A DNA stretch of 64,000 nt from Albugo candida (taxonomy: Eukaryota). The notes under the pieces were generated by a model that was not told the DNA's origin, did not search any database, and saw only the letters and a list, made by a program, of their open reading frames with translations. The stretch covers positions 1 through 64,000 of the forward strand of contig JBDOQK010000032.1 in assembly GCA_040437565.1 (NCBI GenBank), in the 5' to 3' direction. A program made the position numbers and the translations under genes. Shown one piece after another: positions 13,651 through 27,981 of this stretch. Each line of letters opens with the position of its first letter. Position 1 is the stretch's first letter.

Positions 13651-16600
13651 TGTTTTTTTTGAGAGAGGGTAAAATCAGGAGTGCTATATCAAGAAATTAG
13701 CATAACTGTTTGGTAGAAAAGACGTCACGCTTCATAAAGAAATCTAATCCAGTCTCCGTGCACACGAACATCAACGTCATTCGATTTCCAACATTCCTCC
13801 ATCGTTCGTTTTTCGGCTCAGATGTTTTCAAGTCCACATCCTGGTCATGATACGGCTCACTACCGTTTGTTTAGACCGAGAAGAATTTTTTACTCCTCCA
13901 ACCTCGGTGCATGAAGCTCCTTTATCGTCATGTCAGCTGGCATGCTAGAGCCTATTCGGTCTTGAGAATCCCACGTTTGGCGTGCGAGCCCACAAAATTC
14001 GTTCTCCCGTCAATGCGTTTTGCTTTTGATGAAGATTCTCCTGCAAGCTGCACGAGTACTGCCTGGTTATCGACCTAGAGCGACATCGGTATAACACAAT
14101 TTATCCCCATCTCTCCCACCAATTCTCTGATGCCAATCATCTCTGCAACCACAACCGACGCTGCAGTGTATTTTGCTTTCATGGTAGAGAGAGAAACACC
14201 GCTTTGTTTCGAATAAACCATTCAGCTGGCATTCCCGCCACTTCGATGTTTCCTCCGGTAACGGATCCGCGTTCAGCCTTGTCTGCAGCAATATCTGCAT
14301 CACTATAACCCACCAATTTGAGTGGTTTATTCAAATCGTCGTGTCGTTTCATTCGTATACGAAGGTTCTTTGACCCTTGGAGGTACCTGGCTATCTTCTT
14401 GGCAAGCTTCCAATCACCTTCAGTCGTACAATGCGTACATCTTGTAGCACGATGTACCACAAACGAAATATCAGGGCGGGTACTTCGCGATATCCATAGC
14501 AGCTTTCCCACGAGGGATTGATACGTACGCACAGAAACCCCATTCTGTGTGGTTCAAATCGGAAGCATGACATCGTTTCGACAGCGTCATTGATGATCTC
14601 AGCTATCGGAATTCGTGTTTTTTGGGCATCTCCCAAACCCAGTTCTATGAGCTTATCCACAGTTGTCACCGCTTTATAAATATGGCAACCCACTTCATCC
14701 TCGTGATTGATTCGCATTCCGAGAAATTTATGCGCAATACCCAGGTTTCTTACATAATAATTCTCCAATTTACTAAAAGCATGGTAATCTGCAAGATTCA
14801 GTAGCTGTTACCAGAGTTCGTCGACGTAAACCCTCACAATAATAGGACGTGTACCATCTCGCTTCCAGTAAACACACATGTCTGTAAGACACTGCGTGAT
14901 TCCTAGGTACACAAGTTTCTTGTGAAGCAGTTTTGACCATAGTCTTCCTGCTAGTTTCAAACCGTACATCGCTTTATTTAGTTCTAACGACATCTCATCC
15001 TTCCTTTTGACTTGATATGTTCCAAGTGGGCGTGGTCCACGTCCATTCCTTGCCGGTTTCTTCGAAAACTTCTGAGCTCCGGCTCCTTGTCAGCTATGAC
15101 ATATGCACTGGGCACATCGCCATGCTGTGCCGGGACCCGCCATGTTCCCGGTAAATCCGGTATTGATTTTACGCTTGACATCTCCATCAAAGCTGCAAAG
15201 GTAACGTATTGGTCCCGATCGAACACTTGTTCATTTCCACACTCGACCAAACGAGCTATGCTTCGCTACAAATTTCCATCTGCGTCGTGTTTCGTCTTAT
15301 ACACCCATTTCATACGTAGGAAATTTGCATCAAATGTTGTCACCACCATTTTCTACACTGGTTGCTTTCCAAATCTTGAATTTCTTCTTGCATCGGCTCT
15401 TCCCATTTAGACTGTCAACGCTCGGAATTGCCTCGCGATAAGTTGACGGATCCGCATCTTTCACGCCTTTCACCACTCCAGGGCCAACTTCTAACGCCAT
15501 AGATAAGTCTCCTGTGCTAGCTGAGTCCTTCTGTATTGACCTTGCCACTGGACGCTGCCTTGTTCATAATGGCTTGGTTGAGCACCTGCTACTGATCGAC
15601 ATCTTTGAATTTAGCTCATCGCACACATTTTCTTCTTCATTCGCGTATTCGTAACCGCTAAGGTTTTGACGCAACAATAAGTCGTACTGCTCATTGTCTA
15701 GAGTCTCTATGCATCGTATATGCTGCGTTGTATTAACGTTTTGATTCCTGAGGTAAAAAGACTTGATAGCCTTCAGTGCCATCACCAATCCAAATTATAA
15801 TACCACGTTGTGCGCGCTTCGCAAAATTGTTCTTCTTCGGGTCTCTATAAACCGAGCATGGCGAACCAAACGCCACAATCCCAATTAGTTCTGGTGGCAA
15901 ATAGGTAAGTATCTCGATTGAAGATTCCTTGCCGGTATCAGCATTTCTAGGTGAACGATTTAACAAGTAGGCAGCTTATTGAACCACATCCCCCCAAAAG
16001 CTAAGTGGAAAACCGCTGGTAAATATCATACACCATGCCATATTCGTAAAGGTACGGTGCATACGCTCTGCCTTTCCATTTCTGGCTTGGCTCATTACGC
16101 TGAAGAGCGACGCCAGACTTTTTGCAGAATAAATCGACATTAGCGTATTCACCACCAGTGTCTGTACGCAAGGCGTGAACTTGACAATCAAAACGCTGCT
16201 CGATATAAACCAAAACATTTCTAGAGAATTTGGGCGCTTTATCATTGGTATGGTCGAGAAAAACCATTCACGTAATTACTTTTGTGTTCCACAAAACTAA
16301 TCATGTAGCGATTCCCGAGCCTGTCCCTTGGCGTCATGGGACCTTTGAGATCCGAACAAATATCTCCACCAATCCGGTCAATAGGAGAGTTCGCCCCAGT
16401 ATCTTGAGTGGATTGTCGATTTGTGCTCTGCTTCCGTTGTCTGCATGTCGAGCAGTTGACACGTGCTCGATCGGTCAGTATCTTACCCGAGCGAGCCAAT
16501 CTCTACCCGGCACCATTATTAAGGTGGCACCCAAAACGTCGATGAAAGTCATATAATATATTCCTATGTGGTACGTCGGCAGTAACCTCGTTTAGCTCAC

Positions 16601-18405
16601 CGTTGTCCACAAGTGTCGCCAAAATCACATCTCGAGATGGCTGCAGTGTGCGTAGAACTTTAGCTTTGACCATTAGCACGCTTTTTAGATGATTCTACTC
16701 GAATACCATACTTTCTTCATCAGAAATTTCAAGTACACTCTATGCAGCACGGCGCCAGAGCACGTACCCTTTGGCATCTAATTTCCATAGGATATCAAAT
16801 TGTGAGTAAGTCCAACCGGACAAAACACTTTGTTAAGTTTCACAGTCTGAACCTTGCCATCCGCCGAGACCCGCAGTGTTACGTTGCCCACTTTAGCTCG
16901 TCTCCGTTGGGCTGGACAAACACACCTTTGGAGTCTTCGACATCTTATAATCAAGACTCATCGCTGCATAAGTAACTACTTGATCCACTGTCCAATATCC
17001 ATCAATACTTCTTCCCCAATTCCTTGTGCTGAGATCGCTAGCGTAACGTTAGCGTCCCGTTCAAGGCTTAGATTAAGACACATCGCTCTCAAATGTCCAG
17101 TCTCGCCACATTCGTGACATCTTCCAGTCTTTCGAGATCTTGGCTCTTGGGAGACATTCGTCACACCTCTCGACAGTTGTTTCTTCGTTACGGATTCCCA
17201 AGCTTCGGCTAATGCGCCAGTTCTTCAGCTTGATGCAGATAATCTGCTCGGTGCGCATCAAACTTTGCCATCAGTACGACCCTCATGTCTTCTGACGCGT
17301 ATTGCACGATGTTGATGAGGACCAGGTATTTCACTGCACATTCGGACACTTTTGCCACACCAGGTAGAGATAATGTTCAGTCCACGTTTTCTTCGGATCC
17401 TTGAGGCTCGTAGACAATTGCATCAACTGAGCCGGAGTGATATGGGTTTTGAAAGCCTCAAGCATTTTTGCCATCGCATAATGAAGAGTCGGCATTTGCT
17501 TCCAACAATTCTCCAGTTGTTTATGGTAGTATCGTTCGGCCATGCCTTGAAGGTAACTCCCGAGAAGGTTCACTGTAACGTCTTCCGGCCATAGAAAGCC
17601 ACACGCTTACTGGGCCAAATTCACTGGTCTTTCAAAACGTCCACTCCAAAAACCGTGAACCAAGTCCTTCATACAATTCCACTCCGTCAAACATACGAAT
17701 TGCAAGCTTTTTCTGCCTTGCGTCAGGGTACCACACAACTCGGTCCATTTGTTTTACCTGTCTTCCATCATCATTCACATGTAGGTGGTACATTTGTGGA
17801 CCGACCTGGGGATCGTTGATACCTTCGACATAAATTGCGACTGCGGTAAATCTTGTCCAGGTCGATGGTGTCCATCATATCCCGATAGAGTCGACCACCA
17901 ACGCAGCGATATGGATTCGTGGTCCACGCCCCAGTCCCGGAGCGAGTAAATCTTCCGAAGGTAACATCTGGACATCTCCCACATTCTTTTGCACTTCGTC
18001 CCTTCTAGAAATCTGGCTTAAATTTTCTTTGGGATTATTCCGGGCGCTCCAATCGTCCCATCAACCCACGCATGAGCTGTATCATTTCATTTCCGTTGGT
18101 CTGTCTCTCCTTGATTCCCTACAAAAGATCATCTTCATTGCCCACAGCAACGTACATGATCTTCTTCGACACCAATTTGTTCGCGCCTCCGCGTATCACT
18201 TGGTGATGAAAGTTGACGTCGAAAGGCGTTGTCACCATCGTTCGAGCTTGTTGGGATCATAACATGATGTTTTGAGAGAGGATAAATCAGGAGTGCTATA
18301 TCAAGAAGTTAACATAACTGATGGCTAGAAAAGACGGCATGCATCATAAATAAATCCGATCCAGTGTCCGTGTACACGATCTTCAACGTCATTCGATTTC
18401 CAACG
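13651..18405 (-). mobile_element. Full-length decayed Ty1/Copia retrotransposon 3
   Basis: LTRs of about 142 bp at 13651-13793 and 18265-18405. TSD GGTTA/AGTTA. PPT next to 13794 and PBS at 18251-18264. Knuckle CHECGETGHLRAMC, CSDLKGP, NGKAERMHRT, YVDE and GYSDADIAAD. Confidence 0.93.
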
Positions 18406-18419
18406 AGTTATACGTGTCC

Positions 18420-19450
18420 CACACTGTAAGTAATCTATTCCATGAATAAACAAAGATTTTATCAGTATCTTATTCGAAGAATCATTATTATAGTTGCAGA
18501 ACAGCAGAAATCCTTAAACTCTCACCAGCATGTGGAACAAGATAATAAAGTATGAATTAAAGCCAGATTCATAGTTATACAGTACTTAGATGATACATTG
18601 CTTGTGCACAAGCAACGCTTTGTAACAGTATGGAAAGCTTTACCCTCACTTCGAAAATATTTACACATCACGAGTTGAAGGATCACATGCCACAATCAAA
18701 AGGTGCTTGAAGGTGTCAATAATGCATCTACGCGATGTAAGAATCAAGTTAACTTATTGTCTACATCAGCAAGGGAAGGGATTTTGAACCACAGTTGCAG
18801 CAACACAAACTCGAGTCTACCATGATCTGAATGACAGGATACAGGATGGTGTAGTGCATAAGGTGTCTTCCTTTGCTCTGCGGAAAACAAAAGATAAAAT
18901 TTAGAGGGCTTGGCTGGAAACTTAGCAAGAACTTGCACGCATGCTTTAAAGCAATCTATGGTATACGCTTCTGGCACTCACTTTCACAAAAATCCATAAT
19001 GATCAAAATCTCTAACTATATGACATCCACCAAAACTGGCACCTTCCTCCAGAAATCGAATTAATAGTCTCAGAGGATGCTGAAGAAGAATCAGAGACTG
19101 GTATTGAGGAATTTCCGGAAAGTTATGCAGCAACTTGAGACAACTTCCCGAGGCTTGGACTGCAGTAGAAGAAAAGGAAATTAAGGCCAAACTTACGGAA
19201 ATGGCAACCCAGATATCAAGAGTATCAAATCCTCCCTATACCATAGTAAAGCAGCAAAGAAGACCAGCAGATTCAAAGCAGTTTTTCAGAACGAAGCTTC
19301 CAATATACGATATCTGTCATCCTTTGAGAATTAGACATACGGAAAATGCAGGTGTAGCAATTGCGGAAAAAAAGCAGCCGTAACAAGCGTTCTTGCAGAA
19401 TCCCGGTTTCGAGCTCAGATTGAAGACAAGCTTTGGTAAAAAAAACTAAA
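18420..19450 (+). mobile_element. MULE (Mutator) transposase C-terminal remnant
   Basis: TSRVEGSHATIKRCL motif at about 18665, a SWIM-like remnant, and terminal RKCRCSNCG at about 19340. Confidence 0.75.
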
Positions 19451-22400
19451 CTTCACAGAATTGTTTTTCATAATACATTTATTTTCGTCGTTGGTGTTAA
19501 TAAATTAAAGCTCAACAAAGTGACGATGAATCAGCTATTAATGATGAGTGTTTAGCTCAGTTGAAGATATGTATATTCTAAAAGGGTGTGAGTATTGCCG
19601 CAGACGTTTTGACTATTGCCACAGACATTTTGACTATGCCACCGACAAAACATCTCTGAATGGCATATTTGCGTAACATCAATATGATTGGTCGATAAGG
19701 TAGCTATATTACTGCTTCAACGTGAGATATATTATATACATTGTAATGTTGTCTAGATCGGAAATCTGATACAAAAACAAAAGTCGATGACTGTATATAA
19801 ATGACTCTCCTGAATTAAAAGGAGACGATGGCCGTGCTATTAGTCTCTGCACCTCTGATTTGGGTCTTCTTCAAGAAAAACCACCATTCTTTCGAAGCTG
19901 TGCATTTATTGCTTAATGACTTATAGTTGCTTAGTTGACTCTACGGCAGCACGTTTCAAAATCCTTTAAAAAGCTCACCTGTAGCCGCTTCAATAAAAGA
20001 CATGAGCTGTTTACACATCGTTCTCCAACCGGAAAGAACAAGCAGTAAATCAAAATCCGCGAGAAATCGCCAAAAAATGGATCGTAATTTTCACATGCAC
20101 ATCGAGGAAGGTGATCATCCAGAATTTGCAGAAAGTCAAGAAACTTGCACAATAGTCGTGTAAAGGGTTCTTCAATTTAGGTATAAGCACGACGACTAAA
20201 AAAATGTTGCGAGGGGACAAAATGATGAATATGTGGTAATGCACAAATAAACGTCATTAAGATTGAGTTCAAGAACACATAATTTCCCATTCTCTTCTCT
20301 ACATAAAAAAAGGTGGAGCGACTTACTAGAATTGGCGGAAGAGGGGATTTCATGGAAAGCAACTCCTAAAATGCCCTCCATTCGCTCCTACCGGACAATC
20401 TAGTCCAAAACGATGCTTGCATCCCGCATGTGCACAGGTTGGTCCATGATTGCACCAATCCGGACAAAATCATCGGGAAAGCACTATGCAATGCGATCAC
20501 CTTAAATGGGTTCCTTTTCTCATGCATGGAGTCAAACGATCCAGCGTTGGGCAAAGTAGCGCATCTGCTTGTGATCAATCGCGTTTTTTGCAGTATACAA
20601 TCTCCGCGAAGATGTTACGTTTACGACGCGCTAGAGTCGCCACGTGGTCGGAAAGTTCTTTCGAAGCGATCTTTATTGTTCGAGGAAGTAATGTGTCGGT
20701 GGAAGTCAGTGCCGGACATTGTTCACGGTTAAAAAGCTCTCGCGTTATTGGAAATGCTATTCCTGTGTACTTTCCCGACATTTTGCACAAGCGATCACTG
20801 GATCCACTATCTCATGGACTGACCAGTAATTTGGATTCGTTTGTCGTTTTCTTCCAATCAATGTGGTCATATCGTTGTTACGCTCCGACGTGGGCATCAA
20901 GTGCTGGTCTTTATGGTTTGGAGGTAACTAGCGAGGACTTCTCTCTAGGATATCGCCGAGCTCTTCGTCAATCTTGGCTTGTTCCAAGAAGAGAAAGAAA
21001 GACTAAACTGCTCAACAGAAGACGTTGAAACGAAGTTGATTTTGGTCCACTTCAGCGTGAATGCTAAGGGCTCATCGATTATTTCAGCGTGGAACAATAT
21101 CTCAGTAGTCACGGTAAATGTAAATTGAACTCATAAAAATGGTCTTCATTTTATCGAGCGTACAAGAAACCAAGTTTCACGATTGCAAACAACTGGAATC
21201 ATTTCAGATTTTATGACATTCAAAAATGAAGTACACCATGGTTGCCAATTACCACAAAAGTGCTTTCTTCATTCCAGTCAAAATGGCATCGGCGGAGCAG
21301 CGCGTCATGACAATCCTTGCTTTAGACTTTCCTGGTTTCTTAGCAGCGGGAGAACTCGCCGAACGTACTTCGAAATCGTTATTTGGTTTCGTGCCTTCGC
21401 ATTCACGATTCACCGGTGCGAGCCGAGGAAAGAGTAAATTTCTATGCGTTATTGCTTTCCAACAATTTCGAATCGACCCCAACGCATCTCGTATTTGGTG
21501 ATTTCAACAAACCACTCGATCCAGCTATCAATGCTTTCAGTGGAAAAATTCGACACGAAACAAGTCGATTAGCGTGTTTGGAATGGCTTCACATTTGGGT
21601 GTGGTGGACGCTTGTCGAATGCAACATCCGCCTGAAAAATTATTTACAGGACCATTAACGCGCAAGAATCGACTTGATTACATTTGCATGTCGGAAGAGC
21701 TATTCATTATGGTTTACAAAACCTCTGAGTATTTTCGTCTACGACATGCGGGAGATCATCTGGCACAAAAAGTAACTTTTGCAAATCCAACTCAATCTCC
21801 GGATCGAGGATATTGGAAATGTTCATTACGACTGTTTGAAAATTCTAAAGATGTCGAAGCAATCAAATTGGAAGCGAATTTGAAGCTCGAACAGTTACGG
21901 ACTTTGAATCCTGGTAAAATATGGGAAAGTAGGAAGACGAAAATCAAGAAACAGCTCTAAAGCATTGAAAAAATGGTTGCACAAGATAGCCGACGTGATG
22001 TTGAGTCTGACCAGCGTGTTTTCAAGCCGCTCGATGACATGCTCAAAAACCAATCAGTCACGGCACTTTGTCGAATCGTGTCAAGAACATTTCTTAATTT
22101 CGGTCGAGATAAATGTCAATCACAACCAAGATGAGAAGGTAGAGCATCACGTGAAGCATATGGAGAGCTCCTCCAGTCCTTTTATTCGCCCTCCGGATGC
22201 TCCTTGTCGTCGCGTGCCGATTGCAATTTTCATATAAGAAATGTGGCACCGTGACATCGCACCCGAGGGGAATTATTGACGAAGTTCGAGATCATTGGAG
22301 TGGTGTAATGGGCTTTCTCTATAGCTACGAGACCGAATCAGCTGATACTTCCCTAAGAAATCTAAAATAGCTAATGGATTCGATTTAGGGTTCCCTTGCG

Positions 22401-23936
22401 TGCAAAGAGCAAAACCGCCTCTCAACTCACTTAAGTACGACCAAAATGGCGGAAGTGATCAAGCACATGCGAGGTAGTTCTTCTCCCGGTATGGATGGAC
22501 TACCAGCTGCATTTTATCAGCTTTATGCGAATACGTTTGGCGAGTGGCTAAAGATCGTGTTCGAACATCATCTGGAAAAAGGCATCTTACTTCGATCGCA
22601 ACGTCATTGGCCATCACCTTGTTGTAAAAAAAATGATCACGAGGTGATTTTGACGACTATAGACCGATCGCAGTGCTTTGTGGCGATGCTGAAGTACTTT
22701 CAGAAATATTGTCCAATCGGTTGGAATGCTTTTTGCCAAAATCGATACATCAAGATTAAAAAGCATTTGTGCGAGCAAGGTCGATGTATCACCATATTTC
22801 CACATCTCACCGACATACAAGACAAGTCACTCATCGTGAGTAGGAAGCGTATGCGCCTTCTCTCGAATTTGAGAGATCTTGTGGTCGACTCAGTTGAAGG
22901 TACATGTTTTGCGTTTGGAAGATTGGGCGTTAGAAAAGTTTTTATCGAATGGGTTCGTCTTCTTTACAGTACCACAGCACGAAGGCGCGGTTGATGATTA
23001 ATGGCAATATCACACCATCCATTACACCACAATGTGGAGTGAGACAAGGCGATACTTCTACAGCATGAAGAACATGGAATTTGGATCAATAGCACGACTG
23101 TCGCAACTGGATTTTTTTTTGCAGACGATTCGAGATTGCTTTCAAGGACACAAAATGGTGTTTTGACGCAACTCGAACTCTCTTAAGTCTATTGCGATGG
23201 ATCTGGTGCGAAACGTAACGTGAGCAAATCATCCTTTCTCTCGTTGAATCGGACCTTGCTGTGTCCACTTATTCCCAATTTGACCATACTGGGCCCAGAA
23301 AATTCGTTCTAGTATTTGGGTATCCCATTCTGCCAGACACCGACTCATTCTATGTTTACCTCTACTCTCGACAAGCGTTCTTACGATGGGTTTGTTTAAT
23401 GTTTTCAACGCGCACGTACTACCCGTGCTCGATTACTGGTTGCGCAGACGATGATTTTGTCACATTACACGATGCACGTGAACATAACAGCAGAGACAAT
23501 TCGACAGTGGCAGTTAATGTTAAATCAATTTGTGCTTGGTCTGAAACACAAAAAAAGATTCAAAAATGGTCCACCTACTCAGAAGATAATTTTTATATTT
23601 TCGCAGGCAAGATGTTGGGCTACAAGTTCCTTTTTTTTTGGTTGGACGACTAAAGCTACAACGTATTCAGTTTCTTCCGCAGTTCGCAGCCTATTCGTCG
23701 ACAATTATTCCTGCAAATTGGACAACTGCCTCGACAAAATTACTAAAACTTATCCAACCTTCCCTTGGACCACAAAAGGAGATGGATATACTCACTATCA
23801 TACCACATCGTCATGGCAAAATGATTCAATGGGATAGCGTATCTGCATGGTGGAAACACGCATTTAAATTGTGGCATCAAATCGATTGCAGCATCACAAT
23901 ACCAGATCTGAATGCTCCACAACGCCTTCGGTAGTA

Positions 23937-26680
23937 TAGTGCACGAAACCTATAACCGACATCCCCATATTTTTGCGGCCAAAGCTCCAAAAAACTATTT
24001 AATGCAGAGTATACTTCTAACGTGACAAAAACCTGTTTTGTGAACCATTCACGTGATAAATACCTGTTTTGTGAACCAATCGGAATCCGACATTAATATG
24101 TAACGCGAAACTATAGGGTGGATACCTATGTAGATATATACATGTAGACTACATACGGTAGATACATAACCAACACCCTCAAACATTCTAAACAGAAAAA
24201 ACCATTCCCTAGGCAGCATGGTACAACTATCAAAGCGCAAAAACCACCTGCAGAATGCCAGAAACGCAAAAAAAGTTATCACAGTTCACCACCATTTTCA
24301 CAGGATCCTGACAGGGGAAACAATATAGATGGTAGTGACCTGGAGAATGAGATTTTTGGAGAGGAACCAACAAGTGAAAAGGAAGAAGAGCAGACTGGAG
24401 GTGCAGTTGTACAGTTGGATGCAGCGATGTCACCAGCTCTTATTGCTCCAGTGCCAACCACCAACCGCCCATTTCGTTATGGTGGTGATTTACCGCCGAC
24501 ACGCCGACGTCACAAACAGAATCAACGCAAGTCAGCAGTAGGTTCACGAAAGGTTACCAGATATTTCATGCGGCAAGAGCCTGTGACAGCAGGAGTTTCT
24601 GCTGACGAAGATTACGAAACTGACGATGTTGAAGATAGCCCGTGGGAAGACGGGATCCTTGACAGTGCAATAGAAGAATTGGCAAAGATTGTCAAGATTG
24701 TCCAAATTGACAAAGCAAAGAAGCTGAATGAGGCAGAGCAGCTACGCGTGCAAGCTTTGAGTTTGTATCTCCGTCTTTACCAAAATGAGAGAAATCGCAC
24801 GAGCGCAAGCGACTTCGTCACCACAGCCATAGGAAAGGTCCCATACTTCTCACGTGCTTTACGCACATGGGCACGTGCATTTCTACAGGACCACAAGCTG
24901 CCAATGTCTCGACAAGGAAAACACGCAAATAGTTGTTCGTTTATGTGGGGTGAGGACATTGTGGGGCAATTACAGACCAATTTGCGCAAAAATAAATTCG
25001 CAGTTGGCATCACCAACCTTACAATTCACATCAATGATGTGATTCTCCCTTCCCTCGGTTATGCACCACCACCAACAATATCATCCCGAACTGCTACGCG
25101 ATGGGTGAAAGAAATGAAGCTTGGCTTTCGAGTGGTCCGCAAAGGTCTCTACATTAATGGACATGAGCGTGGTGATGTTGTGGCATACCGACATGAGTTT
25201 CTTGCACTAATGGAGGCATATGACCATAGGTTTACAGAAAATATGGAAGTTATGGAGTGGCCTGCAGATGGTGTGGAACCATTGATACTTGTTACGCATG
25301 ATGAGAGTGTTTTTTCAGCAAATGATGGTCAAGGAAACTCTGGCTGCCGGAGGGAGAGCAGCCATTGCGAAAAAAGGACAAGCACGTTCCCTTCACGATA
25401 ACGACTTTTTGACTGATGTTTGCGGGCGCTTGGCGCTCGATGAAGCAAAGCAGCTTGAGTATCCTGATGTGCCAAAAGAGTGCTGTGTTTACATGAAGCC
25501 TTGAAAGAATAACGATGGCTGGTGGACAGCAGAGCATCTGCATGCACAAGTCCGTGGCAAAGCTATTCCAATCTTCAATGCTCAATTTCCTGGAGCTCAA
25601 GCTTTATTTGCCCTCGGAAATGCAACCAGTCATGCTGCTTGTGCTGGTGATGCACTTGTTGCAAAGAAAATGAACCTTGGCCCTGGTGGAAAACAGCCAA
25701 AAATGAGGTATGATTTGAATAAATCATCACCGTAGTTACTGTAAACAATTAATTAATCTGTTCTTTTCTCGAGGCCAACGACTTATGGACACAATGTGCC
25801 TCAGAGCATGGTTTATTCAGACGATTATGAGAATGAGAAACTACGTGTTAAACCAAAGGGAATCAAGGTTGTTTTAAGCGAACGCGTTCTTTGGCAACCT
25901 GGCTTATGTTTGGTTTGCCCAAGTATTTTCAGATGCTCTGATACTCTTTCTTGCTGCGCTCGCACTGTCATGTCCGGACAGCCAGATTTTGTGGCCCAAC
26001 GTGGATTATTTGAGGAGGTGATTACAGCAGCTAGGCATGAAATCATATTCTACCCCAAATTCCATTGCGAGTTGAACCACATTGAGAACTTTTGGGGCGC
26101 CGCAAAGCAGTACACAAGGAATCACTGCAATTACTCCTGGGCTGGCTTGCAAAAAACTGTCCCCTCTACCATTTCCTCAATCAGCTTGACAACAATTCGC
26201 CGATTTGCATGCAAGACACAGCGGTACATGGATGTCTACCGTAAAATCTGAGTGGAAAAGCTGCCGAATATGCAGTGAAGAAGTACCGTTCACACCGTCG
26301 CATCCCAGCCTCTGTTCTTATAAACGTTAATGCACTTTTGAAGTAGATTAGAGATATAGACAAAACCAACAAAGAAAATATGTAGGTCTGTATCAGATTT
26401 CTAACACACTATCTTTTTTTAAATGGTCCTTTCTAATTGGCTAAAACAATTATCTTTTTTTAGGTGGTCCTTTCTAATTGGTTAACAAAAAGTATCTATT
26501 TTTAGATGTCCGCCCAAATTTCCATAGCTCCATACATAATCATGAAAATTTGCCGAACTTCAAAGGCTTCTAACTTCATCAAAAAAAATTTGCAAAAATC
26601 CGACTCTATTGCCAGGAAGCCACGGCAATATACTTTTAAGATATAGAGAGATATTTTTGTTTAAGTGAGTAATTGGGTGT
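23937..26680 (+). mobile_element. IS630/Tc1/mariner-related DNA transposon, copy 2 (best preserved, frameshifted)
   Basis: ORFs 24415-25401 and 25796-26251 contain YINGHERGDVVAYR, LVTHDESVFSAND, DGWW and FYPKFHCELNHIENFWG. The insertion limits come from comparing LINE copy 1 with the uninterrupted copy near 46150. TIRs are poorly preserved. Confidence 0.88.
25708..25773 (+). other. Putative 66-nt spliceosomal intron in the transposase
   Basis: GTATGA donor, AT-rich body with an in-frame TAG, pyrimidine tract and AG acceptor. Removal gives GGKQPKMR|PTTYGHNVPQSMV, in frame with ORF 25796. Confidence 0.7.
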
Positions 26681-27981
26681 CATGGAACAACCGATGTAGT
26701 TTCTTTGCGACCAAGAATTACATTATGAAGTTGCTACTCAAAATCCGAGTACGCAAAACCTTTGGTACAATCTTAGCACAGTGGACGACTCACTCACGCA
26801 TTATCGGAAATCTTTCGCTACATCTTTCTACTTCAAGACTTCTTCAAGAAAGCGGCACGTGGCCAACTGAGGAGGTTTTCGTCGACATATGTTACAGCGA
26901 CGAAGAGCTAAATACATCAGGTATGGCTGATACAAAGTTTCTGAGTCGACTACAACGAAGTTACTGAGATACTACAGCGTGTCCACTCGACGTTAGGTCT
27001 CATCACTTGGATTCAGCCAAATACAAGTGGTAGATTGTTTTATGTGGAAGTATAAGCAAGGAGAGGAAGAAATATTTCCCATCTATTACCCGCCGTCAAC
27101 TCTCACGAATCGTCTGGAAACCTCCCGAACCAACCAAGAGGCATCCGATGTTGACATATTGGTCGTCGCGGGAGAGATTAGACGCGATGGAGTCATAACG
27201 AGTCAAACCATTTATGGCCTCATCACGGCATCTTCGGAAAGTTGTCTTGTCTATTTTTGAAGATCTTAAGCTCCTTCTGGAATTTTGGATGTTGTCAGCT
27301 CGATATCGTTTTTAGTTTTCAAAGGATATTCATTCCGACAATATATTGTGCGTGCAGCCTTCGTGCGGCGCAGAAAATCCGCTCAACATCTCTTTCTCGA
27401 GTGCGATGACACGTCACAATTATGGACGGAGTTACACCCTACATAAGATCAATTCTTCTCATCCCGACCATGCTGGTCGCATATTGCATGTGTAATTGTG
27501 TCAGTACTACGGTCGGCATGGAAGGATTATCAGCAAATTACATCAGATGTATGGAACGCATTGCAAGCGGTGACGCTGCCGTTTGTCTGTACCAATCGGA
27601 ATCGTCGTTTATTCGATCGGCGATCAGCAACTGCGACAGTTTCATTACTTACCGTGATTTACACCACGCTAAATGCTAAAGACTTAACGCATTCGGCTGG
27701 CATAGGTGTTGGATTAACTCGCAACGCAGGATCATTCGTTGGTTTTTTCAATTGTCGAACATCATTGCTGCCGTTACGACATAGGCAAGCCGAAATGCAA
27801 GCGCAACTCGGATCCTATTCCTAGTTGGACGGCTATGTTCAGCCTAGTATGGCACAACCAATTTTCAAAACACGGTGCTTTNNNNNNNNNNNNNNNNNNN
27901 NNNNNNNNNNNNNNNNNNNNNNNNNNNNNNNNNNNNNNNNNNNNNNNNNNNNNNNNNNNNNNNNNNNNNNNNNNNNNNNNN

